In this document: positions 16,127-24,122 of the stretch, piece after piece
Layout of the letters: each line of letters begins with the position of its first letter
Position numbering within the stretch: the first letter of the stretch is position 1
Assembly: GCA_963934215.1 (NCBI GenBank)
Contig: CAWVYB010000001.1
Coordinates: forward strand, 1 to 59,081
From: an uncultured Flavobacteriales bacterium
Lineage (GTDB): Bacteria; Bacteroidota; Bacteroidia; Flavobacteriales_D; Sanyastnellaceae
Reading direction: 5' to 3'
Length of the DNA: 59,081 nt
Made by a program: the position numbers and the translations under genes
Notes under the pieces: generated by a model
Databases searched by the model: none
The model's input: only the letters and a program-made list of their open reading frames with translations
What the model was told of the DNA's origin: nothing

Positions 16127-16924
16127 TTACTCTACTTCCACGTGAAATCCTGTTTCCATGGCATTTCCAGCCGCGTCAGTTGCAGTCATTTCGAGGTGGT
16201 ATTCTCCTGCAATAGCATCTGCAGCTAGCTCCAATTCAGAATCAAATGATCGCTCAGTTGAGTTGTTGGGCTCGAGGTTTAATTCCCAGATGATGGTCTC
16301 ATCAGATTCGCGCACAAAAGAGATGTGGGCTGTTGATAAGCCATCTGAATCTGCGACCATTCCGGAGAGAGCGATAACAGAACCCGCGTTCCACATGGGC
16401 TCTCCAGACCAAGTGGCTGGGTCGATGCCATTCACGGTAGTCAGCGTGAACTCAGGGATGTATTCATTTTCGATGTGCAGTTGGGTGACAAGGTCAGCCG
16501 CCGCATTTCCAGCCTCATCAACTAACGAGACGACCACGTCCCAGACGCCTCGTGTATCGAGAGGGATGTCCAGTGTGATGGAGTTGGTGCTGCTTGTTCC
16601 TGAGATGGAATTGACTTCAAGAACTTCCCATTCGGTACCACTATGCAAGACAAATCCTTCGTCCGATTCGCCCTCTTCGTGGGCATGGTCCGCTGCGTTG
16701 TGAATGTCCCATCGGACTTCGCTTAGGCCTTCATTATCGCAGAATAGATCTGTAATTTGAATGGTGTTTCCTGCCAGCGCTTCGATTTCGTCCACCAGAA
16801 CGCTCATTTCAGTTCCTGGTTCGGTGCATACAGATGGCTGTTCTGTATCTGTTTTGCCACAGGCAGAAAACAAGATGGCTACGGAAGCCAAGGCGATGGT
16901 TGGGTTTGGAATTGTAAAATTCAT
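16127..16924 (-). CDS. Lipoprotein with two Ig-like repeats (DUF4625-like), last gene of the TonB-receptor operon
   Basis: The start is set at MNFTIPNPTIALASVAILFSAC(G) (lipobox). The longer track ORF reaching 17122 would overlap the receptor gene. Each of the two modules ends in a G(V/E)(W/Y).(V/L)....(V/T).D.AGNA motif. There is also a His/Glu patch, WDIHNAADHAHEEGESDEG. Confidence 0.7.
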   Translation of the reverse strand: MNFTIPNPTIALASVAILFSACGKTDTEQPSVCTEPGTEMSVLVDEIEALAGNTIQITDLFCDNEGLSEVRWDIHNAADHAHEEGESDEGFVLHSGTEWEVLEVNSISGTSSTNSITLDIPLDTRGVWDVVVSLVDEAGNAAADLVTQLHIENEYIPEFTLTTVNGIDPATWSGEPMWNAGSVIALSGMVADSDGLSTAHISFVRESDETIIWELNLEPNNSTERSFDSELELAADAIAGEYHLEMTATDAAGNAMETGFHVEVE

Positions 16925-16938
16925 GACGTGTTGTTTGT

Positions 16939-19272
16939 TTAGTTGTTTTTGTTCAATTGCTTCATCGATGTGACGAAGCTTATTTGCATCCAACGCCCCT
17001 GCGCGACAAGACCAAGTGCGCGATATGCGCTGGTATGATCGAGCCATGCGGTGTTGGATATATTGTGGATGTTCATTGACCAGGTGCCGGCTTTTTGTTT
17101 GAAGCTCCAGGCCAATTCCCATAGAAGAGCACCTTCTGTGGGAGATTCATTGCGTGCCGTTAGTTTGGCATCAGCAATGGCGCGACATGCGACTTTCAAT
17201 TGATGGTTTTTCCCCAAGTTGCGTCCAATGGTGGAGTAGACTTGAGCCGGTGTGGTAAATGGAAGGCCTAAACCCGTTGAAATGTCCCATTGTCCCAAGA
17301 GTGATCCGTCAGCAGATGCCAACCAAGCACCCTGCGAAGTGCTCACAGAAGCTTCCAAGCCAGTTCGGAAGGCGTTTACGGCGGTAAACGTGTAAACTTG
17401 GCCGGCATGAGAAATGGGAGCAAAAGTGGCACTTGGTCCAAGAGCAATGAAGTCCTGATGCAAGGCCGAAAACGCTTGAATGCGCCATTCGAATTTTGCT
17501 GAACTTCCTTTTGAATGCCCTTGAAAGCGGGCTTCGATGGACTTTTCAGATTGCAACAGTGGACTTCCTTTTTCGAAACGGAATGTGCCATGGTGAATCC
17601 CATTGGCACCCAATTCATAATTGCTTGGGGCCCGAGTGTAGACTACGACCGAGGCTGTTCCTGTCCAGTCTCTGGAAATCGGCTCAATATTTGCCAACCA
17701 AGAAGCCATGCCTCCTGGAATTAACCGTTGCATGTGATCAGCGCGCGGATCTGCTCCGACAACCGTGCTAGAGGCATCGTAAAGCGGTTCCTCATGACCT
17801 TGTTGTGCAGTGCTCACAATGTCAGCACGCACGCCAAATTGATGAGGTCCGATCCGTTTCTCTCCAAGCACTGAACATCGGAGTCGATGATGGCTCGGCA
17901 GCAAGAACTCCCATCCCGATGTCGCGACAGTAAGTCCTTCAAATTGTACACCGAAGGTGCCATGCGCTCCCCGCCATGTAGATTCCAAATACCCCGTCCA
18001 TTCTTCCAGTGACAAACTCAGGTTTGAGCTGGGCTCTGGCCCCCACCCATGAGCATGTGGCGGCGCCAATTCCAATCGTCGATTCCAAGAAACGGAAGCT
18101 TTCACAGATCGTGACGATCCGTTTTGCCCTGCAGGAGTCTTCCAAATGCCTGTAGTTTGCAGGCGAGTGGCGTGTTGCTGCGGGATTTCGACGAGGAAAA
18201 GGCGAGAATTCGCCTCGAGATCACCTTGGCGCGGAACACCAACAATCCCAGGAAATAGTCCTTGGATTACATCGGAAAACCGAATGGAGCTTTCAACGCG
18301 TCCTCCGCGATGTGTTGGTCTCTCTATACCGACTGTTCCGTGAAGGGAGCGGCCAGCAGTGTTGGGCAGAACGTTATCCGTTAGAGCATACGAGCGACCT
18401 AGATAGGTGAAGGATGCTTGCGGGATGTTTTGATTCCCAAAGACAGAACCGGAGGTGCCGAGGTACCAAAACCGGTCTTCATCTTGGATTGCATGAAGAA
18501 TGTGGCTTTTCATTCGATTGTCTCCTTGTCGAAACGACGATCCCCAAGTTGTCATCGACCCCGTATGTTCTAGTGGTTTTGGAGCTGTAAGTCTCAAACC
18601 ACCACCGACTGATTCAGGACCCATCCAAAGGTGTCCCCCGCCGGGAACCCATTCCATAGAACCATACAACGCAGGATCAGCAAGTATTCCATGATCCGTA
18701 CCCCAGCGACCTCCTTGTTGAGGGATGCCGTCTTCGAGCAAAGCGACTCGAGATCCGAGCAAACCACGAATGACGGGTTGCACCATCGCATCCCCTAAAT
18801 CGAGACTCTGGAGTCCGGGCGTATGATCGAAAACCTGCATTAAATCTGGACCTGAAAACCGCTGGGCTTCCAATTCCGGAGAGTGCATAGTTTCAATCGC
18901 CACTTGGTCTATTTCAACCTCAAGTGGTGTTAGCCAAAAGTCGATGTGGTCACGGCCCCTTGCGGAGATCGTTGAAGTTTTAAAAAAGGAAGCTGTGCAA
19001 GTGATGGAGTCGATACCAGAAGGGCAAAGGACCTGATAGAAACCAGATCGATTGGTCGTAGTGGTTTGACCGCATGGCCAGGCAACCACCAAAACGTTTT
19101 GCAATGGAATCTGCGATTCATTGCGCAAAACATGTCCTTTGATTTCGATTGACGCAGGTGTCTGACCCTCTGATGTCGTCCAAACAAGAACGAGAAGAGA
19201 GGCTGTCAAAAGCCTACGCCATAGTCCATTCAAGCACGCATCAGCTGCGATTGCAACGGAATTTGCGTTCAT
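16939..19272 (-). CDS. TonB-dependent outer-membrane receptor (CarboxypepD_reg-like N-domain, plug, beta-barrel)
   Basis: N-domain IEIKGHVLRNESQIPLQNVLVVAWPCGQTTTTNRSGFYQV. Plug: DLMQVFDHTPGLQSLDLGDAMVQPVIRGLLGSRVALLEDGIPQQGGRWGTDHG. The long remainder alternates in beta-strand fashion. Confidence 0.85.
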   Translation of the reverse strand: MNANSVAIAADACLNGLWRRLLTASLLVLVWTTSEGQTPASIEIKGHVLRNESQIPLQNVLVVAWPCGQTTTTNRSGFYQVLCPSGIDSITCTASFFKTSTISARGRDHIDFWLTPLEVEIDQVAIETMHSPELEAQRFSGPDLMQVFDHTPGLQSLDLGDAMVQPVIRGLLGSRVALLEDGIPQQGGRWGTDHGILADPALYGSMEWVPGGGHLWMGPESVGGGLRLTAPKPLEHTGSMTTWGSSFRQGDNRMKSHILHAIQDEDRFWYLGTSGSVFGNQNIPQASFTYLGRSYALTDNVLPNTAGRSLHGTVGIERPTHRGGRVESSIRFSDVIQGLFPGIVGVPRQGDLEANSRLFLVEIPQQHATRLQTTGIWKTPAGQNGSSRSVKASVSWNRRLELAPPHAHGWGPEPSSNLSLSLEEWTGYLESTWRGAHGTFGVQFEGLTVATSGWEFLLPSHHRLRCSVLGEKRIGPHQFGVRADIVSTAQQGHEEPLYDASSTVVGADPRADHMQRLIPGGMASWLANIEPISRDWTGTASVVVYTRAPSNYELGANGIHHGTFRFEKGSPLLQSEKSIEARFQGHSKGSSAKFEWRIQAFSALHQDFIALGPSATFAPISHAGQVYTFTAVNAFRTGLEASVSTSQGAWLASADGSLLGQWDISTGLGLPFTTPAQVYSTIGRNLGKNHQLKVACRAIADAKLTARNESPTEGALLWELAWSFKQKAGTWSMNIHNISNTAWLDHTSAYRALGLVAQGRWMQISFVTSMKQLNKNN

Positions 19273-19307
19273 GGAAAAGAGGGGTAAATGAAAATATAGA
19301 TTTCAAA

Positions 19308-19679
19308 TCAACCTCGCTTCGGAGGCCCCCTGTGACTTTTCGTTTGGTTGTTGTGATTGCTACTATACCCTGTTTTTACCAGGCCAATTTTGAATCGTTG
19401 CTGCCATTGTTGGTCCAATATTTTTGAATCCATCGGATGAATGGACTCAAAAGGCACCCAATTCCAATCGCAAATCAGACATTCTTCAGCGACGCTGGCC
19501 CCCGCCTCCATCATAGAAGGTACATTGGAGTGTGCATGATGATGGTGGCAGACCCCCTCAATATGATGCGTGTGATGGTGATTCCACTCGTGAATGCATT
19601 GCAGACTCAAAACAACCATCCACAGGAAAAGTCCTGCGGTTGCTGACGTCTTTAGAATGAAGTTCCTTTTAAGAATCAC
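19308..19679 (-). CDS. Small His/Cys-rich membrane-anchored protein, first gene of the TonB-receptor operon (GTG start)
   Basis: N-terminal TM or signal anchor TSATAGLFLWMVVLSLQC, then IHEWNHHHTHHIEGVCHHHHAHS and ECLICDW. The stop lies 36 nt upstream of the receptor ATG. Confidence 0.55.
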   Translation of the reverse strand: MILKRNFILKTSATAGLFLWMVVLSLQCIHEWNHHHTHHIEGVCHHHHAHSNVPSMMEAGASVAEECLICDWNWVPFESIHPMDSKILDQQWQQRFKIGLVKTGYSSNHNNQTKSHRGPPKRG

Positions 19680-19927
19680 GGTGCAAAGTAAAGACGAGAA
19701 GTGTTCAATTTGACATCAGATATTGAAGTCATTAGGACTTTTTTAAAATCCAATCCCGTGGGTCGAGGATGCCCTTTCCCATACATGTGTCCAAAGAATA
19801 GCTTGTGGGCTTCCGCTGTTTGGTTGCTAGTGGTTGATGTTCACATATAAACGAGCGAAAGGATGTGAACAACAGCAAGAACTCATGAAAAAACGGGAAG
19901 TCATTGTCCCTCAACAAAAGTCTAATT

Positions 19928-21103
19928 TCACTGGTATACTCGCACGTAATCCACGGCCATGAACTGAGGAAAGGTCGTGCTTTCGTTGGGGTAACCGGGC
20001 CATTGGCCGCCCACAGCGACATTCATGATGAAGAAGAATGGGTTGTCGAAGGGGTAGTTTTGATTGCCAGCTACCGTATTGCTCACGCTATAAAACGGTT
20101 GATCGTCGACAAGCCACGTAATGCCTGCGTCGTCCCATTCGATGGAAAACACATGGAATTCATCTGCGAATGTTTGTGGGCTGGGAATGGTGGTGCTTCC
20201 TCCGGTGTATTGATGCTGTGTCCAGCTGTTTCCAAAATGCAATGTGCCGTGGACATTGTTGGGGCTTGAGCCAATCAATTCCATGATATCAATTTCGCCG
20301 CAAGCGGGCCAACCAGCGCTGGGGAAATTCGCCCCCAACATCCAAATTGCTGGCCAAATGCCTTGGCCGAATGGCAGCACTGCACGCACATCAATGCGTC
20401 CATATTGAAACTCCTGGAGCCCAATGGATTTGAGCCGCGCGGAAGTGTATTGCGCTCCTTCTTTCTTGGCTACAATCATTAAATTACCATTGGCGACGTA
20501 TGAATTCTCACTGCTCGCAGTGTAATTCTGTAATTCTTGATTGCCCCATCCCGAAGCGCCGAGGTCGTACGTCCAGTTTTGAAGTGCGATTTCACTGCCA
20601 TCAAATTCATCGGACCAAACCATTGTTTTGCCATCATAGCTATCGGCGGCATCATATCCCGCTGTGGTAACTTGAATTACAGTGTCGTCGTTTTGAATGG
20701 TGCCGATGGCCTGCTGAAAGCCATCTAAAAATATGCCATTGGCTGACTCTGTAAGAACGACACGGAATTGCTCGTCTTCTTCTTTGAACTCATCGATTAC
20801 AATTTCTACTTCGATGATAGCTGAAGCGGTTCCTGCGGGGAAAATCACGGTGCCTTCCAAGCTGATGAAGTCGTTGCCTGCTTCCGCTGTTAGGGATTTC
20901 ACTTCATATTTCACAGTGACTTCTCGATCGGTGATGACGTTGAGTACAAGGGGAAATGAAAAAACAGCATTGGCCTCATTTTCTAAAGCACTGACATCAA
21001 TAGGGAATTGAATGGTAGGGATTGCGCTTGCGGTTTCATCTTTACAACAAGCGGCGAACAGGAAAAAGACGATGGGGAATGCAAGAGCAAATTTCAGATG
21101 CAT
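19928..21103 (-). CDS. Lipoprotein: Calx-beta domain plus GH16 endo-beta-1,3-glucanase (laminarinase-type)
   Basis: Lipobox FLFAAC(C). Calx-beta: VTVKYEVKSLTAEAGNDFISLEGTVIFPAGTASAIIEVEIVIDEFKEEDEQFRVVL. GH16 catalytic motif WPAIWMLG...WPACGEIDIMELIG (ExDxxE). Confidence 0.9.
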   Translation of the reverse strand: MHLKFALAFPIVFFLFAACCKDETASAIPTIQFPIDVSALENEANAVFSFPLVLNVITDREVTVKYEVKSLTAEAGNDFISLEGTVIFPAGTASAIIEVEIVIDEFKEEDEQFRVVLTESANGIFLDGFQQAIGTIQNDDTVIQVTTAGYDAADSYDGKTMVWSDEFDGSEIALQNWTYDLGASGWGNQELQNYTASSENSYVANGNLMIVAKKEGAQYTSARLKSIGLQEFQYGRIDVRAVLPFGQGIWPAIWMLGANFPSAGWPACGEIDIMELIGSSPNNVHGTLHFGNSWTQHQYTGGSTTIPSPQTFADEFHVFSIEWDDAGITWLVDDQPFYSVSNTVAGNQNYPFDNPFFFIMNVAVGGQWPGYPNESTTFPQFMAVDYVRVYQ

Positions 21104-21122
21104 GGCGAAAATATTAGAACGA

Positions 21123-21130
21123 CAAACCTA
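21123..21130 (-). promoter_or_regulatory. Candidate -7 promoter box (TAGGTTTG) for the GH16 gene
   Basis: An exact TAnnTTTG match on the minus strand, 20 nt upstream of the ATG at 21103. Confidence 0.35.
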
Positions 21131-21215
21131 CGAATATGCGTGGATTTTTTTTTCCGTTCTGTGCCTGTGGGTGGTTATTTAACGAACGAAAATGCTTTTT
21201 TTCCGAATAGAAGTG

Positions 21216-21223
21216 TAGTTTTG
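21216..21223 (+). promoter_or_regulatory. Candidate -7 promoter box (TAGTTTTG) for the GH5/SusC/SusD operon
   Basis: An exact TAnnTTTG match, 20 nt upstream of the ATG at 21243. Confidence 0.35.
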
Positions 21224-21242
21224 ACACAGTAATAAATTGGAT

Positions 21243-24011
21243 ATGCGATTTCCTCTGTTTTTTCTTGCCTTAGCTCTGGCATCCTCAGTAGTTAAGGTCG
21301 ATGCTCAGAATAGACTCTCTACGGAAGGGAGAGCCATCGTCAATGAACTTCAGGATACGGTCTTGTTGCGCGGTATGGGTTTGGGAGGATGGATGTTGCA
21401 AGAGGGTTACATGCTGCAAACGGCCTCTTTTGCCAATGCGCAACATGAAATTCGCGCCAAAATCGAAGAGCTCATTGGATCGGAGGCGACGGATACTTTT
21501 TATGATGCTTGGCTGCAAAATCATGTTCAGAAAAGTGATATCGACTCGATGAAGTCCTGGGGGTTCAACTCTGTGCGGCTTCCAATGCATTACAACCTTT
21601 TCACGTTGCCGATAGAAGATGAGCCTGTTCAGGGAGAGAATACGTGGCTTGAAATTGGTTTTGACCTGACGGATAGTTTGATCGCTTGGTGCAAGCAAAA
21701 TGAAATGTACGTGGTTCTCGACCTTCATGGTGCGCCGGGAGGTCAGGGCTATGATGCTGCCATTTCTGATTACGATCCTTCTAAGCCATCGCTTTGGGAG
21801 AGCGTGGAGAATCGAAATAAAATGGCATCGCTTTGGAAGCGAATTGCCGAAAAGTATGCAGACGAAGAATGGGTGGCAGGATATGATTTGCTGAACGAGC
21901 CCAATTGGGATTTGCCGGGAGGAACAGCCCTCCGGAATTTGTACGAACAGTGCACCGATAGCATCCGATTGGTGGATGCCGATCATATCATTTTCATCGA
22001 AGGCAATTGGTGGGCGAATGATTTCAGCGGATTGACTCCTCCTTGGGACGACAATCTTGTGTACTCCCCGCATAAGTATTGGAGCACCAATGATGTGCAA
22101 ACGATGCAATGGGTTTTGAGTATTCAAAATACATACAATGTCCCGTTGTATTTGGGGGAAAGCGGAGAGAATTCCAACGTTTGGTTCCGTGATGCTATTC
22201 GATTGTTAGAAGACTTGGGCATCGGATGGGCTTGGTGGCCTTTGAAGAAAATCGATAATATTTCTGCGATCCTGAGCATTCCAAAAACACCTGAATATCA
22301 AAGCTTGTTGAACTATTGGAGTGGAAGTGGCCCCCAGCCGACACAAGAGTTTGCCATTGCAACCTTGATGGAACTGACGGAAAACATCAAGACATCCAAC
22401 TGCGAATTCAAGCCCGATGTGGTGGATGCCATGTTTAGACAAGTGTATTCCAACGAAACACGACCGTTCACGGAAGTGCAAGAAATACCGGGCGTGGTGT
22501 TTTCAACGGATTTCGACTTGGGTGTCGTTGGTTCAGCGTATTCCGACACCAAATCGGCCAATTATCACGTTTCAACCGGAAACTATACAGAGTGGAACTC
22601 GGGGTGGTCTTACCGAAATGATGGAGTCGATGTTGAGCCTTGTGACGATGCAATCAATTCAAACGGTTACAATGTCGGATGGATGTCATCAGGAGAATGG
22701 ATGAATTATTCGGTGCATGTTGACGTGACGGGCGTGTATGACATCCATGTGCGCTTGGCAGCAGGGGCCGATGACGGGGCATTCCATTTCGAACTCAATG
22801 GTGCTGACATCACCCCTCAGATTTCAGTTTCCTCAACGGGAGGTTGGAGCAATTGGGAAAACGTTATTGTCGAAGATGTTATCCTGTATGAAGGAGAAGC
22901 GATGTTGGCGTTTCAGATGGATCAAGCAGGTTTCAATTTGAGCAGCTTTGATTTTATGTACACGGGAATCGCTCCAGCCGATGCTGATCATGCATTTGTT
23001 TCCGCCCAGACCTTGAATGAGAACCAGATAGAAATGTCAGTCAATAAACCCATCCAATCTCCATTGACAACGGCGCCAGGTGGGTTTGAGATTTATGTGA
23101 ACGGCGACGCGGTCTCATTCAATGCCATTTCTCTTGATTCCAATAACAGCCGGAGGGTGATTTTTGATTTGGATGAGCTTTTGAAAGGCACAGACTTTAT
23201 TCAGATCTCATACAATGGCGACGTTGTGAATGCTGAAGACGGAACAGCATTGGAGCATTTTCAGTTGGAGGATGTACTCAATACATTGGACGTTGTTCAT
23301 GAGATTCCAGGTAGGATTGAGTCGGAATCATTTTCGTTTCAGTCGGGTGTGGAGTTGGAGTCAACCTCCGATACCGGTGGAGGCCAAAATGTGGGCTATC
23401 TCGATGCCGGTGATGTGTTAGAGTATAAAGTGAACGTGACCAGTGAAGGAGGGTATTCGGTGGGCTTTCGCACAGCTTCATTGGATGGGACAGGAGGAGT
23501 GCTGGTCCGCTTGATCAAGGACAACGGACAAGTTATATACGTGTGTCAAGCAGATTTTGAACCAACAGGAGGTTGGCAAGATTGGGTGACCCATACTGAA
23601 ACGGCCAACTTGGATACGGGGGCATACACGCTGCGTGTTGAGATTACGGACGCTCCATTCAATATGAACTGGATTGAATTCAGTTATGAAGGCAGTGACG
23701 ATGAAGAGGAAGAAGAGGAGGAAGAGGAAGAAGGTTCTTTGTTTGGTTTTGCCTTCAATAACATCATCACTTATCCCAATCCGGCAGTCGACCAAATTAC
23801 CATCGCGTATTCGGTGTTTCTAAGTCAAGATCTGATCTTATCGATTTATGATTCGAGGGGAAGACCGGTCTTTGGTAAGGTGTTTGAAGAAGTTTCTGTT
23901 ATCGAAGAGCCCCTCGACTTGAGTGGCCTGTCTATGGGGCTCTACAATGTTTTCATTCAAAAGGAAAACGGAGAAGTTGCTCTTGGACGGTTCGTAAAAG
24001 CATCGGATTAA
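21243..24011 (+). CDS. T9SS-secreted GH5 beta-glucanase with two CBM6-like modules, a poly-Glu linker and a T9SS C-terminal sorting domain
   Basis: ATG at 21243 (MRFPLFFLALALASSVVKVDAQ); the track start at 21237 is a TTG. GH5: GFNSVRLPMHYNLF, VVLDLHGAPGGQ, GYDLLNEPNW (acid/base NEP), LYLGESGEN (nucleophile E). CBM6-like: IPGVVFSTDFDLG..YSD and IPGRIESESFSFQSGVELE..GGQNVGYLDAGDVLEYKV. Ten consecutive Glu residues. Sorting domain IITYPNPAVDQITIAY..GLYNVFIQKENGE. Confidence 0.85.
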   Translation: MRFPLFFLALALASSVVKVDAQNRLSTEGRAIVNELQDTVLLRGMGLGGWMLQEGYMLQTASFANAQHEIRAKIEELIGSEATDTFYDAWLQNHVQKSDIDSMKSWGFNSVRLPMHYNLFTLPIEDEPVQGENTWLEIGFDLTDSLIAWCKQNEMYVVLDLHGAPGGQGYDAAISDYDPSKPSLWESVENRNKMASLWKRIAEKYADEEWVAGYDLLNEPNWDLPGGTALRNLYEQCTDSIRLVDADHIIFIEGNWWANDFSGLTPPWDDNLVYSPHKYWSTNDVQTMQWVLSIQNTYNVPLYLGESGENSNVWFRDAIRLLEDLGIGWAWWPLKKIDNISAILSIPKTPEYQSLLNYWSGSGPQPTQEFAIATLMELTENIKTSNCEFKPDVVDAMFRQVYSNETRPFTEVQEIPGVVFSTDFDLGVVGSAYSDTKSANYHVSTGNYTEWNSGWSYRNDGVDVEPCDDAINSNGYNVGWMSSGEWMNYSVHVDVTGVYDIHVRLAAGADDGAFHFELNGADITPQISVSSTGGWSNWENVIVEDVILYEGEAMLAFQMDQAGFNLSSFDFMYTGIAPADADHAFVSAQTLNENQIEMSVNKPIQSPLTTAPGGFEIYVNGDAVSFNAISLDSNNSRRVIFDLDELLKGTDFIQISYNGDVVNAEDGTALEHFQLEDVLNTLDVVHEIPGRIESESFSFQSGVELESTSDTGGGQNVGYLDAGDVLEYKVNVTSEGGYSVGFRTASLDGTGGVLVRLIKDNGQVIYVCQADFEPTGGWQDWVTHTETANLDTGAYTLRVEITDAPFNMNWIEFSYEGSDDEEEEEEEEEEGSLFGFAFNNIITYPNPAVDQITIAYSVFLSQDLILSIYDSRGRPVFGKVFEEVSVIEEPLDLSGLSMGLYNVFIQKENGEVALGRFVKASD

Positions 24012-24122
24012 TCGCGAAATGAAGATGATGTGTCTGACTAAACACACAGTGACACGTCTATTCATGTTTTTAGAATTTACACATAGCTAGTAAGATTGAG
24101 GCCCTTTTAAAATCACCCTTTC

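Noticed and set aside
16925-17122. N-terminal extensions in the ORF track: 16127..17122, and likewise 4270..4305, 10287..10340, 13163..13216, 31375..31485 and 36553..36834.
   Set aside because: The extensions precede obvious signal peptides or lipoboxes. They overlap the upstream gene (17122 versus the receptor stop at 16939) or a terminator hairpin (10287), or begin at non-ATG codons. Internal ATG starts give canonical N-termini.
21285-22127. A 280-aa minus-strand ORF inside the GH5 gene. Similar long antisense or out-of-frame ORFs occur elsewhere, e.g. 8825..9364, 16158..16703, 32841..33431, 42187..42741, 42465..42992, 45349..45879, 45917..46543, 47103..47699 and 51011..51436.
   Set aside because: Each lies fully within, or mostly overlaps, a gene with strong family motifs on the other strand or frame. 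Their translations are Arg/Ser/Pro/His-rich with no motifs, signal peptides or sensible starts, which is the typical shadow-ORF pattern.
23703-23732. A GAA/GAG purine-rich run.
   Set aside because: It is simply the coding sequence of a ten-residue poly-Glu linker between the CBM6-like module and the T9SS sorting domain of the GH5 protein. There is no evidence of a DNA-level function.
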